Shown: piece by piece, positions 18,801 through 28,588 of the stretch
Layout: every line of letters begins with the position of its first letter
How positions within the stretch are numbered: position 1 is the stretch's first letter
Source of the DNA: a virus
Taxonomy: Duplodnaviria; Caudoviricetes
Direction: 5' to 3' (one strand)
IMG/VR virus record: IMGVR_UViG_3300012942_000041
Coordinates: 1-64,000 of that record
Length of the DNA: 64,000 nt
Notes under the pieces: generated by a model
The model's input: only the letters and a program-made list of their open reading frames with translations
Told to the model about the DNA's origin: nothing
The model's database searches: none
Position numbers and translations under genes: made by a program

Positions 18801-20519
18801 CTAGGCGGCCTTGATGCCGGTGATCGCGCCGTTCCACGCCGGCGCGTAGCACACGAAGGTGCCGAACCAGTAGGACGAGGACTCGTAGGCGAACTGGGTG
18901 ACGGGCCAGTCGACGCCCATGAGGTCCTGCACGTTGTACACGGCCCACACGTCGGAGACCTGCGAGTCCGGGATCGGCAGGGTGTCCGACAGGATCGGCG
19001 CGGTGCCCTGCGGCAGCCACGGGTGGACCTCGACGGCGACGCCCTTGCCGGTGACCTCGTTGACGATGGTGTTCACGATGTCGCCGAGGGTCACCCCGGA
19101 GACTTCGTCCTGCGTCACGGTCAGCCGGTAGTTGCTGGAGCTGTTGCGCTTCAGCGCCTCCGAGAGCTGCTTGCGGTCCGAGCCGTTCAGCAGCGTGCGG
19201 TCCGGGTCGGCCTTCACCGACTGGTACAGCGCCGCGAACGCCGTCTGCCACTCCGAGCCCGGCGAGCTCGTGTCCAGCGCCGCGTTGATTCGGTTGACGT
19301 ACCCGGAGTTCGCTCCGGTCACGATCGGCACGATGCCGTCGTAGCCGTTCGCGTAGGCCGACGTGTCCCCGGTGACCGTGGACGCGGCGATGCCAGAGGT
19401 CGGCAGCGCGCCCTGGATGGTGAAGGTGTTGTAGCCCGACCGGCCCACGTAGAACCGGGACGCGTCACCGGGGTCGGAGGAACCGGTGGACACGTACACG
19501 CGCACGCCCAGCGCACCCGCCGGCAGCACGCAGGTGACATCGACGACCTGCCCCGCGGACACTGCGACGGTCGCGGCGGACGACAGCACGGACTGCCCGA
19601 AGTCACCCGCGTCGCTGGTGACCTTCACGTACACGTTCGCGCCGTTGCCGGAGATCCCGGTCTCGCCGGCCGCGGCCGAGCGGGCGGTGGCGGTGACGGA
19701 GGTCGGGGCCGCGAGCGCACCCGAGAACCCGGCGGCGGTGCCGCGGCCCATGAGGAGCATGCGCTCCTCCAGCAGCATGCTGGAGTACAGCAGGCTCGTG
19801 CGGGACAGCTGCCGGATGTCCTGGTAGCCCTGCCCGGCGTACTGCGCGGACCAGGTCACCTGGTCGGAGACCGAGAACTGCGCGTAGGGCACGGTCTGGT
19901 CGTCGCCCGCGTAGCTGATCTTCGGACCGCGCGCGTAGTACAGGCTGTTGCTCGCGCCCTGCGGCGCGAAGTTCGTCTGCGTCGAGTCCTGGATGCCCGG
20001 GTGGATGTTGCCGACACCGCCGGTGCCGGTACCGGTGAACCCGGTGATCCGCTTGAAGCGGTGCGACAGACCCACGCCCTTACGGCGCGCGATCCGGTTC
20101 CGCAGCGGCGTCGGACGCGGCGTCAGCATCTTCGCCGGCGCCTCCAGGTCGAACGCGACCAGGCCCTGGCCCACCGGGGAGGTGGTGGAGATGTCCTTGA
20201 CCAGGTCCGGCTGCTGCGCCTTCAGCTCCTCCAGCGCCCCGCTGATCGACGCCATGGACTCCGGGGAGAGGCCCTTGGTGAGCTCCGGTGCGCCGAGCGC
20301 CTTCGTCAGCGCGCCGTAGGCGCTGGTGGGCTGCGGGGTGAAGTCGATGCCGTGCCCGGCGCTGAACGCCTCGGTGACCTCGCCGGCGCCGAGGACGCGC
20401 TCGGGCGCGCGGTCGATGGCCCGCATGAGTTCGTCGAAGCGGCGGGATGCCTCGGCCTTGCTCAGGACCGGCGCGTCGGGGCGCTCCCCGAACAGGGTGT
20501 TGATGTTGGGCAGAGCCAT
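18801..20519 (-). CDS. Major capsid protein with an FN3/Ig-like insertion
   Basis: Follows the protease/scaffold; FDLEAPAK..TPLRNRIAR..LEERMLLMG; 572 aa. Confidence 0.85.
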   Translation of the reverse strand: MALPNINTLFGERPDAPVLSKAEASRRFDELMRAIDRAPERVLGAGEVTEAFSAGHGIDFTPQPTSAYGALTKALGAPELTKGLSPESMASISGALEELKAQQPDLVKDISTTSPVGQGLVAFDLEAPAKMLTPRPTPLRNRIARRKGVGLSHRFKRITGFTGTGTGGVGNIHPGIQDSTQTNFAPQGASNSLYYARGPKISYAGDDQTVPYAQFSVSDQVTWSAQYAGQGYQDIRQLSRTSLLYSSMLLEERMLLMGRGTAAGFSGALAAPTSVTATARSAAAGETGISGNGANVYVKVTSDAGDFGQSVLSSAATVAVSAGQVVDVTCVLPAGALGVRVYVSTGSSDPGDASRFYVGRSGYNTFTIQGALPTSGIAASTVTGDTSAYANGYDGIVPIVTGANSGYVNRINAALDTSSPGSEWQTAFAALYQSVKADPDRTLLNGSDRKQLSEALKRNSSSNYRLTVTQDEVSGVTLGDIVNTIVNEVTGKGVAVEVHPWLPQGTAPILSDTLPIPDSQVSDVWAVYNVQDLMGVDWPVTQFAYESSSYWFGTFVCYAPAWNGAITGIKAA

Positions 20520-20608
20520 CGGGCCTGCCCTCCTCTCATGACGAAACCCCGCACCGATATGCGGCACGGGGCGTGAACGGATAGTCAGTCAGGGGACGGG
20601 GCAGGGGG

Positions 20609-22435
20609 TTAGGCGTCGGCCTTCGCGTACAGGTCGCGGGCGCGCTCGCGGTACCCCTCCCGCAGATCGCGGTCCTCCACGCGCTCGGCCTTGACCATGA
20701 GCGCGTCCGCCTCGGCCCGCAGACGGTCCGCGTCGCTCTTACGCGCCACGGCCTCCTGCTGGCTGGTACGGGTCAGGACCGGGCCGCCCGGCTGCGGCAT
20801 CGCACGGAACTCTTCGATCGCGGCCTGCGCCTTCGCCAGGTCCGCCGCGAGCGCCTCAGCGCGCTCCTCTGCGACGGCACGGGCCTGTGCGACCTCGGCC
20901 TTGACCAGTTCCGCGACATCCGCCTTCGTCAGCAGCACCTCGCCGTCGTCGGCCTTCGACGCGGTCTTCGCGGGCGTCTTCTTGTTGCTGGGCTTGTCCT
21001 CGTCGGAGGCGTCGTCCTCGTCGTCCTCGTCGGAGTCGTCGGCGGGCTTCTTCTTGAACGGCGGCGCCAGCTTCCCGCCGTCCTTCCCCTCGCCCTTGGC
21101 GAGGTCCGCCTCGCCGTCCGCCAGGCACAGCGCGTCGGCGGCCTCACCGGCGGCCTGCTCGGCTTCACGCTGCTTGAACCACGCCAGGCTGCGGACGGCA
21201 TCGAGGAGGAGGCTGATGTCCATGGCCTCCTCCATGCGGCCGGTCGCGAGCTCCTCGGCCTCGGAGATGATCAGCCGGGCGATCGCCGCGATCGCAGACG
21301 AGGCGTTGTCGATGTCCGCCGTCTCGTCCGCGTCCTCGCCGGTGCCGTCAGCGTCCTCCACATCCGCCCCGTCGCCGTCGTCGGCCTTGGCGAGCTCGGG
21401 GGCGAGCTCGCGGGCCTGACGCAGGATCTCCTCGGCCTTCGCTACCACGTCGTCCGTCTTCGCGGTGTCCTTCACCGAGCCGTCCGCGTTCCAGTTGTCG
21501 GGCACCATGGCCTCCAGTCCGAGGGCCTTCGCCCGCGTGATGATGTGCTTCCGAATCGCGTCGTGATCACCGTTGCCCCGGCCGACCGCGCGGATCGCCT
21601 TCCGCAGATCCGCCTTCGACTCGATCGGGTACGAGCCGTCCGGCATCGCAGCCCCCGACGCTGCGGCCTTCCGCCGGCCCTCGGCGGACAGGTCCGCCTT
21701 GTCCACGTGGGGGGCGACGGTGACGTTCACCAGCACCGGCAGCGGGCCGTCGGCGTCATCGGCCTTCGCGACCTCGGCTTCGACCTGGGCGCCGCCTGCG
21801 GCGAGGGCCGCGAGCGCGTCCTTCACCGGAGCGGCGAGGCGGTCGTACAGCTCGGAGGGGAGACCGTAGGTGTCAGAACCGTCGGCCTTGCTCATGTCGC
21901 CGTCGACACGGACCAGCGCCGGGGACTCGACTGGCTGGAGGTCGCCGGCACTGTCGGCCTTGGCGAGCGGGATCTCCCAGTGATCCTGGATCGTGGCGGT
22001 GCTCAGGCACGGCACATCGACCAGGCTGGTCTCGCAGATCCGGCCGTCGGTGATCAGGCCGCGCGGCGCGTCGGCCTTGGTGTAGTCCAGGCGGGGGCCC
22101 TTGATGCCGATGGAGAACCCGGTGAGGATGCCTTCCTCGACCTTCTCCACGGCCTCTCGGTCGACAATCTTCGCGCCGATGTACCAGCCGTCGGACTTCT
22201 CCTCCAGCTCGACGGCCTTCCCCACCGCGCGACGGTGGTCGTGGCCCTCACGAATGTTGCCCCTTGTAAACCATTCTGGGACCGAGGTTTTCAACCACGT
22301 AGGGTCCATGGCCTGCTGATCACGGTCCACATCCGGGCCGGTGATCTTGCCGTAGACGTAGAGGTGTCCGGTCTTCGGGTCACGCTCCCGCTTGGTGATC
22401 GGAGCGAACACATCCAGCCGGGCGGGAGCGGTCAT
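20609..22435 (-). CDS. Prohead protease-scaffold fusion with an internal helical domain
   Basis: DRDQQ..NIREGH..AVGK..TGFSIG..ETSLVDVP HK97-type protease motifs; MPDGSYPI..IITRAKALG domain; acidic coiled-coil scaffold. Confidence 0.85.
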   Translation of the reverse strand: MTAPARLDVFAPITKRERDPKTGHLYVYGKITGPDVDRDQQAMDPTWLKTSVPEWFTRGNIREGHDHRRAVGKAVELEEKSDGWYIGAKIVDREAVEKVEEGILTGFSIGIKGPRLDYTKADAPRGLITDGRICETSLVDVPCLSTATIQDHWEIPLAKADSAGDLQPVESPALVRVDGDMSKADGSDTYGLPSELYDRLAAPVKDALAALAAGGAQVEAEVAKADDADGPLPVLVNVTVAPHVDKADLSAEGRRKAAASGAAMPDGSYPIESKADLRKAIRAVGRGNGDHDAIRKHIITRAKALGLEAMVPDNWNADGSVKDTAKTDDVVAKAEEILRQARELAPELAKADDGDGADVEDADGTGEDADETADIDNASSAIAAIARLIISEAEELATGRMEEAMDISLLLDAVRSLAWFKQREAEQAAGEAADALCLADGEADLAKGEGKDGGKLAPPFKKKPADDSDEDDEDDASDEDKPSNKKTPAKTASKADDGEVLLTKADVAELVKAEVAQARAVAEERAEALAADLAKAQAAIEEFRAMPQPGGPVLTRTSQQEAVARKSDADRLRAEADALMVKAERVEDRDLREGYRERARDLYAKADA

Positions 22436-22500
22436 CACGAAACCCCTTCCAGGCATGCAGAAGGGCCGCCCAGCGGACGGCCCTTCGTTGACGGCAGCGG

Positions 22501-23442
22501 CTACGCCGCGGCTCGCTTCAAGTACTCGATCGCGGCCAACAGCCGGCCCGGATCGTCTTTGAACTGCCCCAGCCCGACGTTGCACCGACTGCACAGCAGC
22601 CCGCGAATCCGGTTCGAAGTGTGGCAGTGGTCGACATGGAGACGCTTCTTCGGCGCCTCCTCTTCGGGAGCCCCGCAGATGGCACACCGGCCGCCCTGCT
22701 GCTCCCGCAGGTCCGCCACCGTCTGCTCCACCCACTGGGCCCGGCTCAGACGCCTCGCGTTGGCCTCCTGCCGGTAGTCCGGGTAGCAGTCCTGGCAGTA
22801 GCCCGTCGTGTTGTAGAACGCCGTGCGCGGGAGGGTCTGCTGGCAGCCCTTGCACGTCCGGTGCGTCGCACGCTCCGGCGTGCGAGGGTCAGTGCTGCCC
22901 CACTTGTACCAGCGGCGGACGTGCATCCCGCACCACCCGCGGGACTTCACCGGGTTCTCGCACCCCTCGACCGCGCAGGACAGCAGCGGCTCCGGCGCCG
23001 GGTCGTCAGTGGTCCCCCAAGTGCGCAGCCGGTGGTAGTGGCGCAGGCACAGGCCCTTGGCGTGCTTCCTGGTCTCGCAGCCGTCCACCGAGCACGGGCC
23101 CCAGCTCTTGCGCTGTTCGATGCGGTAGTGCCGATCGCACATGCCCGTCTTGGTGGCGGGCGCCTCGCAGTCTTCGACGGAACACGGTCCCTCGTTGATG
23201 AGGACTCGGCCGCCCTTCGTCGGATCGCCGCTGACCCGCCACCGGCGGTAGTGCGTCTGGCACCAGCCGCGGGTCACCGCTGCCTTGCCGCAGTCGGCGA
23301 CGCTGCAAGGGGTGAGCTCGGGGAGCGGCTTGGTGTACTCGGGGTCGCCGTGGGTGCGCCAGCGCGTGTAGTGCTTGGTGCACCAGCCACGGGCCAGCGC
23401 GGGAGAGGTGCAGCCGTCGATGCTGCATGTAGCCTTGGGCAT
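22501..23442 (-). CDS. EndoVII-family homing-type endonuclease with five N-terminal Cys/His repeats
   Basis: QGGRCAIC..LHVDHCH..IRGLLCSRCNVGLG; five CxxxxC..CxxH(Y/V)xR repeats. Confidence 0.85.
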   Translation of the reverse strand: MPKATCSIDGCTSPALARGWCTKHYTRWRTHGDPEYTKPLPELTPCSVADCGKAAVTRGWCQTHYRRWRVSGDPTKGGRVLINEGPCSVEDCEAPATKTGMCDRHYRIEQRKSWGPCSVDGCETRKHAKGLCLRHYHRLRTWGTTDDPAPEPLLSCAVEGCENPVKSRGWCGMHVRRWYKWGSTDPRTPERATHRTCKGCQQTLPRTAFYNTTGYCQDCYPDYRQEANARRLSRAQWVEQTVADLREQQGGRCAICGAPEEEAPKKRLHVDHCHTSNRIRGLLCSRCNVGLGQFKDDPGRLLAAIEYLKRAAA

Positions 23443-23556
23443 GTCGTTTCCGCTCACGTCGGATTCGGCGCGCCCCGCCAGTGTTCCTGCACTGGCGGGG
23501 CACCTTGTTTCTGCCCCAATTGTACCGGCTGTCATGGCACTTGACGTCGCGTTTTG

Positions 23557-26211
23557 CTACGCGGGCGTCATGTGGCAGCGGCAGCGCGGGTGCGCGGGCG
23601 GGCCGACCGAGCCGTCGGGGAACGCGGCGCCGACCGTCAACGCCCCAGCCGTCTCGTTGCCGAGGCAGGCGGGGCAGGCGCCGGGCTCGGTCACCCACCG
23701 CCACACGGTCACACCCGTGCTGGTGTAGGCCTGCCGGGTGGCTTCCGTAGCGAGCCGCACCAGCTCCGTCAGGCACGTCATCCGCGCCCACGACCCATCG
23801 GTGAGGGCCTGCCGCAGCGACCGTGCGAGCTGCGCGGCGGTGACCTTGCCGGTGCGGGCGGCGGCCAGCACCCGAGCGAGGACGGTCTCGCGACCTCGGG
23901 CGAGGTCGTCGACCAGCGACGCGGAGGCGTCGGTGACGCGCTGCAGCGCCTCCCGGTCCGCCTCGGTCAAGGCGCCGAGCGCCCCTTGGGTGTCGCCGGG
24001 CCGCCACGCGAACCGCCCGGGCTGGCCGGCCGTGTGGGCGCGGGCGCTGACCGCGCCGATCACGTACCCCTCCGCCCACACCCCGGCGAGGACCGGGCCG
24101 ATCGCCGCGGCGAGAGGCAGGCCGGCGGCGGTGAGGAACGCGGCGGCGAACGCCACCGCCCACTCCTGCGCCTCATCGTCGTCCTGCTGCGGCGGCGCCG
24201 GGGCCCGGGGTTCGTCGGCTTTCACCAACTCCCGGGCCAGCCACCTGCGAGCCAACTCGTCGCACTCCACCGTCTCGGCGAGCGCCCGGGCAAGACGCCG
24301 CGCCCACACCTCGGCGGTGTCCTCGTCACGCTCCCAGCCCGCCCAGAAGGCCGGGCCCGGGGCTTTTGGGCCCGCACCCACCACCTCACCGCCGGCGAAC
24401 ACCACCGGCGCGTCCGCGAGGTCCGGCGCATCCGCCTTGGTGACGTGCACGAACTCGAACGGCCGCCGCGGGTTCGGGTTCTTCCGCGCCCACCGGTGAT
24501 ACGCCGCGAGCTCCGCCTTCACCGCCTGCGCCGACTCATCCGTGTCGTTGCGCGATTGGTCCGCGCCGTCGGCGGCCGGCTGCTCGCCGGGCGGCTGACC
24601 GGCCGCAGGGGCCTGCGGCGGCACCACCATCGTCCCGGCCGGCGCCAGCTTCGACGCCCCGTCCAGGAACACCAGGCCGCGCTGACCGAAGTAGATCGGC
24701 ATGTCGGCCTCGGGGAACGCATACCGGGGCATGCCCATGCGGTCCCGGTCCTGGTTCAAGGTCATCCGCCCGGTAGCGACCCTCGCCGCGGCGACCGCGT
24801 CGGCGGCGGCCTCGTCCTCGTCCTCCAGACCGAGGAACCGGAACTCCAGCTCCGGCGGCATGCCGAGGTGCTGGCGAGAGATCGCAGTGATGAGCTGCTG
24901 CAGCCACCGCACCGTCGGCAGCGTGCCCTTGCGCTGCTGCACGTCGGCCTGGCCCTCATGCCACCCCGACGCACCCAGGCCGCCCGGCTCGGTGAACCCG
25001 AGCTCGGCGATGGTCACGTCGAAGTGCGACGCGATCTGCTTGATCAGGAACAGGTCGTAGTCCGGGCGGTACTTCTCCCCGAACTCCGACATCTGCTGCA
25101 GATCGAACCCCGGCGGCAGCACCCGCAGCCGGTGACGCGCCGCCGACTGCCCGGCGTAGGCGTCGTTCAGGATCCGCTCGTACTCCTGCGTCTGCTGCGG
25201 CGTCCACCCCGCCTCGCCGGTGTTCCGCAGCAACCCCGTCGGGACGGTGCCTTCGGTGTACTCGTCCCGGATCCACTTGCGGCGGCGCAGCCACACGTCG
25301 ATGTCTTCGAGGGCCTGTTCCACCGCGGAGTAGCCGTACTGGGTTTCCGCGCGGACGTTCCGCCGCTTGTAGATCAGCCTGTCGGAACGGTACCCGTTGA
25401 TGATCGAGCCGTCCGCGTCGGTGTCGGCAACGAACTCGCCTCGGGGAAAGCCCCACAGGATCTGCTGGTAGGCGGGCTGCGGCGGCTGCGGCCGTCCACC
25501 GGTGCTGTCCCGCAGCGGCTTGATGGTCGAGCCGTCGAGGATCTCCAGGGAGAACAGGTCCCCGCCGTAGGTGTACCGGGGGTAGATCGCAACCGCGTCG
25601 AGGACGAGGTGCTCTTCGAGGAGCTTGGACGTCCACTCAGCGAACGACTCGCCTTCGCGGGGGTTCGGCTGCTGCCAGAACGCCTCACAGCGGGCGATCT
25701 GCGGCCCCAACCGGTCCCGCAGCGCCGCCTCCACCTCCGACCGGGACGCGTCCGGGGCGGCGGCCTGCGCCGCCTCAACGGCACCGGGGGAGATCGTCAC
25801 GGTCCAGTCGAGGGTCGCGACTTCGGCCTTGCGGATCTCGATACACCGCCGCGGCAGACCCCCGGCGGACGCCGCGTCCCGCAGCACCTTCCACGGCACC
25901 AACCGGTCGGTGACGCCCGGGAGGTTGGAGCTGACCGGGTACTCGGTCAGGCGCGGCTCCGGCCGGCCCGAGTCCGGGCGGACGGGGGCGATGGGCGCGG
26001 GGATGAGCGGCACGCCGGGCCCGAACGCGACCTGGGGGTCGGTGCGGGGCAGCGGGTTGATGACTCCGGTGACCTGGGGTGCGACGGCGACGGACCCGAG
26101 GAGCGCCGCGACCTGGCTCGCGCTGAACGCGGTGCCGCCCTCGGGGGTGGCGGCCTTGGTGGTGTCGGGGTCGACGCGGCGGAACATGCGGGGCAGGGAC
26201 CAGCGCACCAC
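23557..26211 (-). CDS. Portal protein fused to a MuF-like minor head domain
   Basis: Portal motifs (LDGSTIKP, YGYSAVE); C-terminal WVTEPGACPAC..PPAHPRCRC MuF motif. Confidence 0.9.
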   Translation of the reverse strand: MVRWSLPRMFRRVDPDTTKAATPEGGTAFSASQVAALLGSVAVAPQVTGVINPLPRTDPQVAFGPGVPLIPAPIAPVRPDSGRPEPRLTEYPVSSNLPGVTDRLVPWKVLRDAASAGGLPRRCIEIRKAEVATLDWTVTISPGAVEAAQAAAPDASRSEVEAALRDRLGPQIARCEAFWQQPNPREGESFAEWTSKLLEEHLVLDAVAIYPRYTYGGDLFSLEILDGSTIKPLRDSTGGRPQPPQPAYQQILWGFPRGEFVADTDADGSIINGYRSDRLIYKRRNVRAETQYGYSAVEQALEDIDVWLRRRKWIRDEYTEGTVPTGLLRNTGEAGWTPQQTQEYERILNDAYAGQSAARHRLRVLPPGFDLQQMSEFGEKYRPDYDLFLIKQIASHFDVTIAELGFTEPGGLGASGWHEGQADVQQRKGTLPTVRWLQQLITAISRQHLGMPPELEFRFLGLEDEDEAAADAVAAARVATGRMTLNQDRDRMGMPRYAFPEADMPIYFGQRGLVFLDGASKLAPAGTMVVPPQAPAAGQPPGEQPAADGADQSRNDTDESAQAVKAELAAYHRWARKNPNPRRPFEFVHVTKADAPDLADAPVVFAGGEVVGAGPKAPGPAFWAGWERDEDTAEVWARRLARALAETVECDELARRWLARELVKADEPRAPAPPQQDDDEAQEWAVAFAAAFLTAAGLPLAAAIGPVLAGVWAEGYVIGAVSARAHTAGQPGRFAWRPGDTQGALGALTEADREALQRVTDASASLVDDLARGRETVLARVLAAARTGKVTAAQLARSLRQALTDGSWARMTCLTELVRLATEATRQAYTSTGVTVWRWVTEPGACPACLGNETAGALTVGAAFPDGSVGPPAHPRCRCHMTPA

Positions 26212-26228
26212 AGCACCCCCTCGTTGGT

Positions 26229-27734
26229 TTATGCGGCGGTGAATCCGCGCAGCCACTCCATCGCCGACTCAGCCGACCCCTGGCCGCCGAGCATGCGGTG
26301 CAGGGCCTGGGTGGTGGCGTCGACCTGGTCGTCGTGCGCCCCGTTGGGGAACGCCTGGTGTTCGGTCACGTACTCGTCCACCCACGGCGCGAGGGCGGGG
26401 TCGGGGATGTGGACGTTGCCTGCCTCGACGAACGGGGCGACCGCTGAGGCGCGGGCGTACTTGGAGTCCTTCGGCGTGATCGGCACCAGGCCCGGCACGG
26501 TGCTGCGCAGCTGGGCGATGACGGCGGGGCCGTTGGCCTTGTCCTCCACGAGCTTCGCGTGGGCCTGCGGCCACCGCTGCGCCAACGCCATCAGGGCGCG
26601 GCAGGTCGCGGGGAAGTCCAGCCGATCCCGAACCTGATCCAACAGGTACACGTCGGCGCCGCGCCGCGCCCACACCTGCCCCACCACAAAGTCCGAGCCC
26701 TTGGTGTCCTTGAACGCGAGGTCCCACGACATGACGACCTCGTCCGCCGACACCACCCACATCGACCCGTCATCACGCCGCTCCGCCAGCGGAGTCGAAT
26801 ACCACCGCCAGTGCGAACGCTTGAACAGACCGCCCTCCGCCGGGGCCGGGCGGCCCTGATACAGCGCCGTCCACGTCCGCGACCCAACGTCGCGTTTCGT
26901 GGCTTCCCAATCCGCTGTCGTGCGGCCACGCGCGGACACCAGGAACTCACCCGGCGACCGACCCAACGGGTCATCATCAGACTCGGCCTGCGCCGGCACG
27001 TTGACGTACCGCCACTCCGAAGCCGACGGACCGGTGAGGAGGCGCCCGGTCAGATCGTCCTCGTGCCAACGGGTCTGGATCACCACCTGCGGCGCACCCG
27101 GCGACAACCGGGTGCGGGCGACGTCGGTGTACCAGTCCCAGCAACGATCCCGGTACACCTGCGAATCCGCCTCCGCGCGGCCCTTCAAGGGGTCGTCGAC
27201 GATGAGGACGTCCACGGGCCTGCCGGTGAGCGCGCCGCCGATGCCGACGGAGTAGACGCCGCCGCGGTGTCCGTCGAGTTGCCACTCGTGGGCGGCGGAG
27301 GTGTCCGCGCGGACAGTGAGACCGAGTTCGGGGTGTTCGGCGATGTCGTTGCGGATCGACCGGCCCCAACGCCGGGCGACGCCGGCCTCGTAGGACACGA
27401 TCGCGATCCGCAGGTCGGGGTCACGGGTGAGAAGCCACAGCGGAAACACCCGGCTCGTCCTGACCGACTTGCCCTCCTGCGGAGGCATCGACCAGGCGAG
27501 GCGCTGACACGAACCGTCCGCGATCTCGGCGAGGTTCGCGTCCAGCAGGTCCAGGGCGGTGGTCTGCACGGTCGTCGGGTCGAGATGGCGGGCGAGCGCC
27601 GCCGGGGTGTCCCAGCGGGCGATGCTGGGGGCGCGCCGCTGCTTGAGGTGCTGGACTTCCTCGGTGAGCCGACGGAGCTGCCGGAGGGCTTCGAGTTTGG
27701 CCTCGATCAGGGGAGCAACAGAGTCGACGGCCAC
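26229..27734 (-). CDS. terL: Terminase large subunit
   Basis: MPPQEGKS Walker A, IVDDP Walker B, TRWHEDD, EDKANG and HDDQVDA nuclease motifs. Confidence 0.97.
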   Translation of the reverse strand: MAVDSVAPLIEAKLEALRQLRRLTEEVQHLKQRRAPSIARWDTPAALARHLDPTTVQTTALDLLDANLAEIADGSCQRLAWSMPPQEGKSVRTSRVFPLWLLTRDPDLRIAIVSYEAGVARRWGRSIRNDIAEHPELGLTVRADTSAAHEWQLDGHRGGVYSVGIGGALTGRPVDVLIVDDPLKGRAEADSQVYRDRCWDWYTDVARTRLSPGAPQVVIQTRWHEDDLTGRLLTGPSASEWRYVNVPAQAESDDDPLGRSPGEFLVSARGRTTADWEATKRDVGSRTWTALYQGRPAPAEGGLFKRSHWRWYSTPLAERRDDGSMWVVSADEVVMSWDLAFKDTKGSDFVVGQVWARRGADVYLLDQVRDRLDFPATCRALMALAQRWPQAHAKLVEDKANGPAVIAQLRSTVPGLVPITPKDSKYARASAVAPFVEAGNVHIPDPALAPWVDEYVTEHQAFPNGAHDDQVDATTQALHRMLGGQGSAESAMEWLRGFTAA

Positions 27735-27736
27735 CG

Positions 27737-28255
27737 CTACACGATCCCGGGCTCCGCAGCCTCCTCGGACTGGAGGGCTTCGAGTTGGCCGGTGAGCTCG
27801 CGGATCTGCGCGTCGATCGCGTCGATGGTCTGCAGCTCGATCTTCTGCGGCGCGTCCAGGCCGAGGAGCTTGGCGCGGCGGTCGCTGATGCGGGTCAGCC
27901 GGTCGATCGCGCCCAGCGTCGGCCCGGCGTCGATCAGCGGCTCCCCGGTGGTGGGGTCCTCAGCCACCCGGCCGGAGGCGGACACGTGGTAGTGCACCCG
28001 GTGCAGCACCCGCACGGCGTGGGCGGTGAGGTCGTCCAGGCGCAGCAGCTCAGCGCGCCGGTACTCCTCCAGCGACATGCGCTCCTCAGCGACGTACTGC
28101 TGCATCGCCCGCTGGAAGTCCTTGGTGGCGGCGCCACGGGAGGCGTAGCCGAGCTCTTCGTAGATGTCGTCGAAGCGGGCACCGGCGAGGCGTGCCTGGA
28201 CGAGCTTGGTGCGGCGGACGGCGACTTGAGCCTTCTTGGCTGCGGAAGCGGGCAT
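27737..28255 (-). CDS. terS: Terminase small subunit
   Basis: N-terminal HTH; RRAKLLGLDAP motif; directly upstream of terL. Confidence 0.8.
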   Translation of the reverse strand: MPASAAKKAQVAVRRTKLVQARLAGARFDDIYEELGYASRGAATKDFQRAMQQYVAEERMSLEEYRRAELLRLDDLTAHAVRVLHRVHYHVSASGRVAEDPTTGEPLIDAGPTLGAIDRLTRISDRRAKLLGLDAPQKIELQTIDAIDAQIRELTGQLEALQSEEAAEPGIV

Positions 28256-28267
28256 GACCACACCCCC

Positions 28268-28588
28268 TTATTGGATCTTGAGTTGGCCTGCGGTGAGGAC
28301 CGGCGTCTCGGGGTTGTCGGTGACCCGGACGCGGATCGTGTAGACGCCGGCGGGGAGGGTGGTGGTGCCGCCGGGGCCGACGAGGCACTGTGCCACATAG
28401 CTGCCGTCGGGGAGCGGTTCGGTGCTGTCCCACGACCCGGGCTGCCAGTCCCCATCCGAGGGGACGCCGCCGGGGATCGTGAATGCGAACTCCACCGCGT
28501 CGCCGGTGGGGTTGTAGGGGGCTCCGGCGGTGGTCGCGGTGACGAGGACGCGGACGTACTGGCGGGACAACCCATCCTGAATGATCAC
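28268..28588 (-). CDS. Small beta-sandwich virion protein
   Basis: GTGA overlap with the fibre gene; LPAGVYTIRVRVTDNPETPV. Confidence 0.6.
   Translation of the reverse strand: MIIQDGLSRQYVRVLVTATTAGAPYNPTGDAVEFAFTIPGGVPSDGDWQPGSWDSTEPLPDGSYVAQCLVGPGGTTTLPAGVYTIRVRVTDNPETPVLTAGQLKIQ

Noticed and set aside
23557-23800. MuF polymorphic toxin
   Set aside because: The portal-MuF fusion ends right after HPRCRC with no toxin extension; the next gene has its own promoter
23554-26637. 1027-aa plus-strand ORF and similar long ORFs (11017-13557, 35568-38297, 7595-9442)
   Set aside because: Antisense shadows of real genes in high-GC DNA; Arg/Gly/Pro-rich with no recognisable motifs
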